Assembly: GCF_000181795.1 (NCBI RefSeq)
Contig: NW_003526941.1
Coordinates: forward strand, 8,192,488-8,256,140
Reading direction: 5' to 3'
Source of the DNA: Trichinella spiralis
Taxonomy: Eukaryota
DNA length: 63,653 nucleotides
Below, piece after piece: positions 53,441 to 63,653 of the stretch. The position numbers and the translations under genes are program-made. A model generated the notes under the pieces. That model had not been told where the DNA came from. It worked only from the letters and a program-made list of their open reading frames with translations, and searched no databases. Positions within the stretch are counted from its first letter, which is position 1. Each line of letters starts with the position of its first letter.

Positions 53441-55668
53441 CATCTTTCATCGTAGAAGAAGCACAAACCTACAAGTTGTATTTGCATCTTTTATGATTTG
53501 CAAGTCATTTGATTCATTTTGTTTTAATAACTACACCTCTTCCACTGCATCAAAAATTGCATGAAATTTCCATGTATCTTGGTTCAAAGTTTGGCATTGT
53601 AAAGTCTGAAAAAGTGTAAAATTTTGTTTACTTTAGGATTTTCAAATTAAAAAAAGAAAAACCCCTTATTATTATTATTATTCATGAACAGGTAAAAGAG
53701 TGAATGAATGAATGCGGTTCAGTTTTTTCCACGTGGCTAAATAATGTTCCAATTTTGAACAGCTAGCTAGAAAAGTATTTCAGCAAGTTATTCAATTTAA
53801 GTTCTGCATGCTCTGTTTTGGTCTACTGCTTCAGCCGATAATGTTATATTTGTTTTAGTACTTCAACTAGGGAAGAACATTGTCGACTTTCAGCACAATG
53901 AGTAATACTATCAGTGTTATCTACTATTATGTAAATTTCTAGCAACTTATTTATTTAGCAGCATTTTAACAAGCTAAAGAGCAAACAACAGAAGTAATAT
54001 GTGATCAAGTGAATAATAATTAATTAAAACAAATATGAAAGCAAATTTGAATTGAACTTACGTGAACTAACTGAACTTTACAAACTTCATGCCGTAACGT
54101 TGCACTGATTATTGTTTCAGAGTTTGCTTATCATCATCATCATCATTATTATTATTATTATTCAATTGCTGCAGCTTTTTCAGCGTCGAATGATTTCCAT
54201 GTGAGTGTGGTAAGTGAGTTTCAGTTGAAATGACAGTGGCAATGGAAGAATTCTGATGATACATACCACTGGGACTAATGCCACGGATGACAAGGCCAAA
54301 CAGATAGCGTCATGCAAGAACGAAATACGTCAAACAAAAATAGGTGAAATTGCTTACAAAGCTCATGAATATTTCAATGAAAATTTCGGTCTCATCATGC
54401 GCAGCTTGTGAATAATAATAATTGCAGGATGTTGGTGAAAAATGGTGAGAACAGTTCAATACTTTGGACATTATAATGTCGAATACATCATTATTATTGT
54501 ACTATTGTATAATTTCCTTTTTATGGAAAAAAATTTAATGCAGCAGCTTGCTTGCTCGCTATATTTTGCTTCACTACTTGCTAGTTGAATTTTAGCCTTT
54601 ATTAATTGATTATGATGATCTCATTTTTATTCTCAGGGTGAACGTGATCTCGATTCAAGCTTGTATCAAAATAAAAATCCATTGCGTTAATTGAATGCTT
54701 ACAGAAATTTTATTTATAGAGCAAAACAGCCAACAAAAAACGAAAAAGCAGAACATTATTTCACTGTTTAAAGCGGTCGTTGTTGACTGAACATGAAATA
54801 AATAGGGCGGCACAGTGAGGAAACTGTGTCGGCTGTGTAAGTGCGACGACAGCTTTTATTTAAATGATATTTCCTCGTTTGAAAGCATTTTTCCGGTTAA
54901 ATTTGGACAACAGTTTTTTTTCTAAATTATAATTTTTGCCATGTTTCAGGTGTTGACGAGCATGTTGACTGAAATGTAACAATTTTTATCATTTAAAAAA
55001 AGCAATGGCTTATTCATTAAAATGATTATCATCATGATAAGTACAAAAAAAAGAAAAAGTCATTTGCGAAATCTGTTTAACATGCTCAGTTTTGCTCAGT
55101 TTATTTATTCTTTTTTAATTTTATAATAAAATATTTTTGCAGTGTTTCAAAGGAACTTTATGGCCATTGAATGATTTTCTTTTAAGCATTACTTTTAAGC
55201 ATCTTTGCATATTTCGATTTTATCTTATTTTTGACAAATCATGTCGAAATTTGTTTTGAGCACTCATGTTTGTTGAACTTTTGAATAATTTCATTGATTT
55301 TTACTTCACTTTCTGTACAAACAGATTTTAATGACATTGTTGCTCTGAAAAATGGAAATTTTTTCAACAATATTTCAGTTTTTTATAGCTATGCGCCTGT
55401 GGATGACAAAAAGAATTATGGACATGATGATTGTGCAATTTTCCAATAAAAGCACCATTTTTCGGTAATAACTTCCACAGTTATTATAATAATGTTAACA
55501 ATTACTGAAAGCGGATTTCAAATGTAAGCATTATGCATAAACTGGTTGCATTTCCGCTGAGTAAAATATTTGACCCGCTTGGTGAAAGAAAAGCTTTTAG
55601 CTTTTTCCATTTTCTTTTGTGTAATAAATACATTGTAGCTGGGTTGATGGTCATTTTGTCGACCGTCT

Positions 55669-58005
55669 ATGGAGAAGCACTTTGCTATCATTTGTTTTAT
55701 CCTGTTCAGCACATCAAATTTTGGTATGAACAAATTCTAATTGATTTTTCTTTTCTTTTATAATAAGAATATTGTTGTTTATTTGTTTGGTTGGTTAGTC
55801 AGCTTATTTTTATTTTAAATAAATGCCAATTGGATAATTGCATTCTGTTTTTGCATAATAATTTACTTGGAAAAAATATTAATTTAGTATGCTTAATTTA
55901 GTATTTTCTGAAAAACCCGGCATTTGTCCACCTCTTTTGAAGAGCACAGTTGAACAGAGGATCGATAATTGCTGGAAAGATTATGATTGCTCAGGGGACC
56001 GAAAATGCTGCCAAACTGTTCTGGGCAATGGATGCTTGTTTCCACTACCAGAACCGTCGATTGGTAAAATTCATATGTATTTCATTAAAATTTAAATTTT
56101 TGATAAACTACAATAACATATGTTAATCTTCAATTCAAACTGTCTTTTAACTGGAAGATGTGGTGCATTTTATTGAAAAGTAAAAATGAGAAAAATTAAC
56201 TAACAGGCATTTTTAGCCTGTGCGTATAATAATATAACTTTTTTAATAACAAAATTTGAGTTCATTTCAAACGTTGATAGAGATTAATCAAGAAGCCCAA
56301 TAATGATTCTTTACAATTGATTTGAATAAATAATAAAAAAGGTTTAGCTAAGTTAATCAGAAACTGATTATTTGATAATAAGCTAGCTTGTATTAATTGA
56401 GTATCATTGTTTTGCAAGAATACTTCGAAACACAGAAATCATAGAAAGTTTAAATCGGAAGATGGATTCAAAATTTTGGTAAATTACTTTGGATTCATTC
56501 AGGTGAAACGAAAATAGGAATTTGTCCAAAATTTGCGGGCTTCTATAAAACTTATCGAATAAACAAATGTACTAATGACAAAAATTGCATCGACATGCAC
56601 AAATGTTGCGATACTGCATTCGGCAAGCGCTGTCTGCTTCCTCAGTTACAATCGGGTATGAATTTACTTCTTTCATTTACTAATGCAAATTATGAAGCAC
56701 ATTTATAGTGCTGTTTTAGTTAAAGTAGAAAATGTTCAATCCACCGGCATTTGTCCACCAATGATTAGCAGAAAATTGCCACACGCATTCGACCGATGCC
56801 AAGATGATCTCCAGTGCGGTAAAGGGAGAAAATGTTGTGATACTGTAAATGGAAAGATGTGTCTTTTGGCAGAAAATACTAATAACTTCAGTAAGGAAAT
56901 TGTGAACAAATATTTTTTAGCTTACAAAATGTGTATATCGAAGCATATAGAAAAGTGTTCAACATGTTGAGTGGACTAATCAAATAAATCAATTTATCAG
57001 AAATCATTTCTATTTAGATATTGAAAGAGCTGGAATTTGTCCTGATTACTCTCCTGGAACGGGAATGCTGGTGTACAGATGTCTGTACGATACAGATTGC
57101 CCTGATTTACATAAATGCTGCAACACACAGGAAGGAAAAGACTGCATTTTGCCAAGCAAAGCCATGGATAGTAACCAAGTTATATTTTTTTTCATGTTTA
57201 ATTATTATTTTTATGTTCAACTGTTTTAGATATGAAACCTGGGGCATGTCCACTTTACATTCCCAAACAGCAAAATTTCGATCTTCAGAAATGTACAGCA
57301 GATAGTGATTGTCCAGGCACAAGCAAATGCTGCAATAATAAGGAAGGAAAGGTTTGTCTCATCGCTGAAATGGAATGTAATACAAAAATGATGTATTTAT
57401 TTCGTGCATATTCAAATTTTATCATTTCATTTTTCAGATACTGAAAAACCTGGAAACTGCCCTGCATTTTATGGACCGCATGACGATGTGGATGTGCTTC
57501 ATAAGTGCAATGATGATTATGATTGTGCAGAAATGAGTAAATGTTGCGAAACCAACAAAGGCCGTACTTGCATTATACCAGTGGAACTATCTGATGATAA
57601 TAAAATGAAAAGTAATTAAAATCCCTAAACAGTTCGTAAATGTCACTGATATTACTATTACTCATCAGATGAATTTCTCTGCCCGGATGGAGAGAAAACG
57701 GCAATTCTGTGCGCCAATCAGAGTGTTTGTCCTGCAGATTATTCTTGCTTCCGCAATTTCTGTTGCAAAACTCATCAAAAAAAGCCATACAAAGGTAAAT
57801 GAATGTACTGTAGCGTACTTTAGTAATGTTCAATAAGTTTTGGCTATTTTTAGATTTGTCAGAGCGACCTGGTCTTTGTCCAACTATGATTAACACTGCA
57901 AGCACTGCTCAAGATTTTGAATGCTATCTGGATAGTCACTGCAGTGCGGGAAAAAAATGCTGCGATACGCCGTCAGGAAAGAGTTGTTTGATTCCAAAAA
58001 TATAA
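55669..58005 (+). CDS. Secreted multi-WAP-like protein: signal peptide, 6 WAP-like domains, 1 WR1/lustrin-like Cys domain, 1 WAP-like domain. Exons: 55669-55723, 55902-56063, 56503-56655, 56720-56890, 57018-57170, 57230-57376, 57438-57611, 57669-57794, 57854-58005
   Basis: Signal peptide MEKHFAIICFILFSTSNFVFS. The consensus KPGxCP-x~13-CxxDxDCxxxxKCCxTxxGxxC occurs in seven exons. Exon 8 is CPDGEKTAILCANQSVCPADYSCFRNFCC. All introns are phase 1. Confidence 0.88.
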
Positions 58006-60221
58006 TTGTCTTTCAATACTGTCAGAAATGGGATGTTACATCAGAATGCAAAAAATAAATTTTTCAACGAGAACTTTATACATCATTGTCTCAACTCATG
58101 AGATGAAAGTGCTCGCTTCATTTAAAAAAAAATCATTTTTCTCAAGAAATGCTCATTGCTGTTTTTTTTACAAGTTTCTCCTTTTCCCTTGTGAGTCAAA
58201 CATGCAACTTTTTGCATTGACTTTCGCGTTGATCAACGCTTTAATACGTTCGTGGAATATGGACGTTTAGTATAGCTGTTACCAGAGGGAAAAAATCCTG
58301 AATGCGCATCTAAGATCTTGTACTAACAATTTATGTTTAATTAATGCGTTATGGTTGATTAATTATTTGAATACATTTAGAAATGAACCGTGCACAACGC
58401 TATTACGCAATGAGAAGTTTGCTATTCCGCTCGTGGCTATGTGATTATGCTATTTGCATGATTTACTTACTCATGTTCGACAACTCAAAATGTTCTCTTC
58501 ACTACCGCTTATTCACTACACGAAAGTCATGATCACCAGCCAACTAGACCGTCTATTCCCATTATCACAACAAAAAGGTACGTGACTGTTCATCATTGAG
58601 CTCACTCTTTAACCTACTGTATTGCGTTTCCAGGATTTCAACTTGTCGTATAAACTTAGTTTTGAAACTAACACACACTAACCTTCAAATAGAACAGTCA
58701 CTAACCGCGTCAGTCACTCTCAGATAGAACTTTCTTTATACCGAATTACGAATACTAATATATACTTCAAAGAGTAGCTTGGAAATCTGCTAAATCTCCA
58801 TGTTAGCAAATTTCACAGTTTCGGAAGAAAACAAGGAAGATTGTAATTCATTGGAATTAATTATTCCCATTTTAAATGAACCTTATTTCTGAACTACAAT
58901 TATTCAAATAAACTGGTTAAATAAAACTTTTGTTATAGAAGGACCTGAACAATTAAAGAAAAATCAGGAACAATTGTTATTACAATGTATATTTTTGTTT
59001 TGCAGAGAAAATGAAATTTCTTAATTATTAAATAAATTAATAATAATTAATTAATATAATTAATAATATATAATAAAATTGAATAATAAAGTAATATAAT
59101 AAATGATAAAACATTTTTTCTGGTGCAGTTATTTATCATGAAGTTTTTATTTTCTTTCCCTTAATCGCCGCTAAAAACCCATTTTAAAAGCCTCTTAATC
59201 GGCAATATCTGGACAAACTCTCCATTATAAACGGTGGAGACATCGTTTTACATCTCAGTTGTACTTCTGTGATTAGCGGAAATCATTTTTGGAAAAGCAT
59301 TTTTGAAAAATTTGAAATTTCATGAAGTATAGCCTTTGTTATTTTTGTAGGGACGAAAACCTTTCGTCCAAAATTCAGCCTTTTTCATTTCAATCATGAA
59401 ACGAGGTAATTTTCGGATGTCATGCAAACTTTCGCAGTGATATATCCAGTAGTGTCGAAATAAATTGCTTCTATAACTGGCTTATTGCATATTTCAATAC
59501 AAGGTAAAGCTGAGGGGGTGGAATTCCATTACAGTTCGACAGTGATACACAGATTTATGTAAATTAAAACCTACCAGCTCTCGAATACCGTATATCTTCA
59601 ATATTTATTTACATGGACAATACTTTATGTATTTTGCAATCAATTTCATCTTCATCTTCTGATCATTTCGATTAATTTCAAAAGATTCTTTCATAGTTGG
59701 TAGAAATGTAAAAGAAACGGTTCAACTTATTGATTTTCAATTACTTTATCACTTTATTACTATCATCTGCAAAATCTCAAAACTGTCGCTTTTAATTCAA
59801 TTAATACCTGATTATCTTAAAGTAGACAATGGAATTTTTTTCTTCATTAAAAAATCAATCATTCCGTGGAATGAAATGTTCATTATTGTCTTCAAAATTC
59901 ATTTAGTTATTCGCTAATACCAAGCATCCCGATTTTCGTACATTTTTTTGTACTTTTTCCAATGATTGAAATCGTCATTGAAATGTACATTAAATTCAGA
60001 AGATTCTGATAGACATAAATTTCAAATCGAAATAAAAATAAATACATTTACAACTTTTAGCAAATGCAATTGTTAAAAATTATTTTGCTCGAGATTGACA
60101 ATCTGAACCTAATACCGCAAGCCCAGTTAAACGTGTGCTTGTGACGTAGTCACGTGGATTGGGACTGAAGGCGAGAGTGTAGATTGGTTGTGATTGTGTA
60201 GTTTTGCTCTATTTCGGTGAT

Positions 60222-60244
60222 CCCTAGTACAGTGGTTCTCAAAC
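60222..60244 (+). mobile_element. Possible hAT (Charlie/Buster-type) terminal inverted repeat relic
   Basis: CAGTGGTTCTCAAAC preceded by the 8-mer cccTAgta, which fits the nnnTAnnn target preference. No partner TIR seen. Confidence 0.3.
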
Positions 60245-60937
60245 GGTCTACTCCCGATTTTGACTTCAAAGGCACGCCGCTCGACATTTGATTAGCCTTA
60301 AATTTCATTGGTTTATACGCAGATTAAATTTCATTAGTTCTTGTTTCGATAAGTTTTATTCGTTGTCGCAAACCTAAATTTTTACTGGTTGTCATCGTAA
60401 TGCGTGCTATTTGTCCAATTTTGATTTATGCTTAATGGCCACTTTTCTGATATTCAAAGCTTTACTATTTATCTTCTATATATGTTCTATAAACTTTTTT
60501 GATTGATTTATAGAAATTGTTTCAGGACGGTTTGAAATGCCCATAAAATCTTCCATTTATTAGTTTCCTATTAGTTTATTTCATTTATTCGAACAGCAGA
60601 ATTGAATTTTTCAGGATGTAGCTGTCAACATTTATTAATACATGAGGGTCTATTGTATTACTTGGATATGTATGATTTCATGAAAAAACAATCGTTTTAT
60701 TGATTTCTATGCTGTTCATGATCTTAATTATTCAATGAGCATCTCAACGATACAAATAATGTGGCTGTTTGATTCAATTTTTGCCCAGTTCATTACAATC
60801 AAATGACGTTTATGTAAATCGCTTTGAATGTTGTTTTTTTTGTGAAAATGGTTGATTACAAATGGTGAAAATAAAAATAAAATAATTTATGACAAACTAA
60901 TTCACCCCATGCCATGGCATTTATTCTAATCTTTTGA

Positions 60938-61183
60938 GTTATATGCATATAAAGCTCAGTAAGAACAAAGGCCTGCCTCTAGGGAAACACACTTGTATTA
61001 ATTGCATTTCTTTTTTTCCTATTATGAGAACAGGTATTTGTACAGATTAATTATTANNNNNNNNNNTCTTTCAAGTTATATGCATATAAAGCTCAGTAGA
61101 ACAAAGGCCTGCCTCTAGGGAACACAAATGTATTATTGAATTCTTTTTTCATATATGAGAACAGTATTGTACAATTATTTTAT
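60938..61183. repeat. ~115-bp direct duplication on both sides of a short N gap (probable assembly overlap artefact)
   Basis: gttatatgcatataaagctcagta(a)gaacaaaggcctgcctctaggga... occurs at ~60938 and ~61075; the copies differ mostly in homopolymer length. Confidence 0.8.
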
Positions 61184-61563
61184 TACAGAAACTAACATTA
61201 ATATTCAATTGATTTATTTAATGAGATATTTGACAAAATTTGCTTTGTTAGCAGAGCTGTCATTTACAGCAGAGAAATAATGCATGAATTTCATGAAGAC
61301 TATAAAATAAAACGTTTTATTTTGAATTATTCTTATTTCTGTATCATATTTAATCAAACTAAATTGCGTAAATAAAAATTTTAATTTCAAAGGTTTTCTG
61401 TATTACATAAAGTGAAATTAAAGCACCAATGTTATTGGGAATCAGCAAATTTTGCTCGCGGGGTATTTGTTCAAATTTCTTGTATAAATGCTAATGAAAT
61501 GCAATTATAAGATGTATTATCAACCGCAAAGGCTTCGCTTGCATCTCTGACGTCCCCACTAAA

Positions 61564-61744
61564 NNNNNNNNNNNNNNNNNNNNNNNNNNNNNNNNNNNNN
61601 NNNNNNNNNNNNNNNNNNNNNNNNNNNNNNNNNNNNNNNNNNNNNNNNNNNNNNNNNNNNNNNNNNNNNNNNNNNNNNNNNNNNNNNNNNNNNNNNNNNN
61701 NNNNNNNNNNNNNNNNNNNNNNNNNNNNNNNNNNNNNNNNNNNN
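61564..61744. other. Assembly gap (N run)
   Basis: Run of n; ccccactaaa is repeated on both flanks. Confidence 0.98.
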
Positions 61745-63653
61745 NCCCCACTAAAATCGCATCAATGTACAATTTTTTTGCAATTTTTCGCCAAAATACG
61801 CGTTTGTACGACGTGCGACCCGGTTTTGAAATGATTAAATTAATTTTTTTTGATCAATTGAATTAACTTGCCACCAACTTAAAATTTTTGGCTTTTCAAA
61901 AAAGCAGGGCTATCCCCTTGCTGTTTTTTGGGTTTTTGGAAATTAGGCTTTTTTCAAAAATTTGGTTTTTATTGTTAGGAATGCCTTAATTTGGATGGAA
62001 TTAGGAAAGTTCTTGGAAAAGTTCTTATGGCATACTAAACCCATTCCTTTGTGAATATAAATGGGCCTCTAAAGTTTGCATGCGCCTATCCTAATACACA
62101 GAAAAGCACCCATTTCTAACTCCCTTTAAACGGCTTCAGAATGGTTGAACTTTGATATAGGAAACGTTTTTTGCATTATCGTGAGATATTCGTTGAAATT
62201 GTGAAGTCTTGTGCAATATTTCTTTGTTTTGGGCAAGTCGATTTTTCTTCATTTTCCTTCCAATTGGAATAAATTTATAAACATTGTTTCAGGACGGATT
62301 GAAATGTAAATAAAATCTAAATTTGATTACAAATTGCAATTCCACTGACATTTTCACACTTTACCAGTTCTTGTTCTTGTATAGTTTTATTGAATTGTAG
62401 ACCTTGCCATTAGTCTTGATTTTTTCATCGTTCGCTTGCAAAAAGTTTGCCACAAATTTGTGATTGGCTGTTCGTTGATAGGTTGTAATGGTTTCGTTAT
62501 TAATTGGCTGATGAATTGTGCAATGTTATTAGTTACTCAATTTTCATCACCAATTGGACGAATGTGTAGTAATATTTTATTAGCTCCTTAATTCTGTTCA
62601 TTTATTGGGTGATTATTTTTCATCAAGGATTTACCCCTATATATATTGCATTACAGCTTAATTATCTTTTTCCTTGGTAGCAGTAGTTTTATGTAATATT
62701 ATAGATGTTTATTTAATCTGATTTTCCTTTATTTACATTCATGAGATGCAACAGGTGTTTAAATCAACACTGAAAAGGGAATTCATTTACAATTTATAAT
62801 ATTATATGAAGGTTGAATACGAACATAAAAACTTTTATAATTAGTAAAATTTTCGATTATATTGATGTCATTCCGCTATTACCACTATACGTGGGGTGAT
62901 TTCAACTATGCTAAACTAACTATTCTTATTTCTTAGACTTGATCTTCATCCAATTTCAAGAATGTCGTCCTCGTGGTCATTTAGTTAATCAGTGCTTAGA
63001 GCAGCAGTCAAGAAACGCGTTGGGCTCTTTTCCTCAATACCGTCTTCAGTTAGGTGGTAAGTGATATTTCATTCCTGAGCCCCTGTTCTATTCATATACT
63101 GTTCGCATCAGACAACGTGTTAATCACAAATGGAGGGTGTACAATATGATGCAGTTTGAATGTACTAAAGAATCCATGAGAAACTTGCTGTATAATTGGT
63201 GAACCCTGTCAGTCCGCTTTTTTTCGCTTTTTACCTTTTTTTCTATATATTAATATATATCCATAAAGCAATATGAGTAGTAAGGGTAAGTTTTCACATG
63301 ATCGGTTGGTGGTTGTTCATCCAAGAATGCAAGTAGACAAACTCTACTTCACGATACTTCTAACAGCGTATAGTGCAGTTTGGAATAGAAAAAGAAGTTG
63401 TGCTTGTTCAACAATTAATCTGAAAAGTATTATCATCGTGCTAGTACAGCCTCATTTACGTAAGACACTATTTTATACTTCTTTAATTTACGCCATAATA
63501 TTATTTATGATAGATAGTGGCTTTGATCTGTAACGTATTCAGGATTTTGTTCTTGTTCAGCAATTATTATAATCTTTGGTGTTTGCTCATTACATTGTTA
63601 TACGTTTTCAAAGCATACATGCATTTCTAGGTCAGAAGAGTAACTTTATGCTA

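Noticed and set aside
59351..59369. GGACGAAA-ACC-TTTCGTCC palindrome as a Helitron end or ribozyme
   Set aside because: No downstream CTRR terminus and no CUGANGA core; an isolated 8-bp stem.
60938..61183. Tandem duplication as a biological repeat
   Set aside because: The copies flank an N gap and differ by homopolymer-length errors, typical of unmerged contig ends.

Overview
AT-rich, intron-dense eukaryotic genomic DNA. Short (~50-100 nt) introns, TTTCAG/TTTTAG acceptors and the protein content point to a nematode, most plausibly a clade I species such as Trichinella (inference). By manual splicing, left to right: the 5' end of a SART3/Prp24 gene (minus strand, runs off the window); two tandem HAD-family pseudouridine-5'-phosphatase (PUDP/HDHD1) paralogues with intronless coding regions; a 13-exon NUAK/UNC-82 kinase (minus); a divergently transcribed, complete ~41-exon L-type Ca2+ channel alpha-1 (egl-19/Cav1); a two-exon TRH-like (xSELFamide) neuropeptide precursor; a small Cys-rich single-pass protein resembling a kinase-less activin-receptor ectodomain; and a secreted protein with seven 6-cysteine WAP-like domains plus one WR1/lustrin-like domain. 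The last ~5.5 kb has no recognisable gene and contains two assembly gaps and repeat relics. Best leads: a pair of 111-nt mutually exclusive IVS2 exons, a Q-to-E change in the IIIS5 dihydropyridine site and a GC-AG first intron in egl-19; the three-disulfide WAP array; the decoy-receptor-like protein; and a GC-rich foldable island between unc-82 and egl-19. Exon boundaries and folds were read by eye, and homologue comparisons are from memory.
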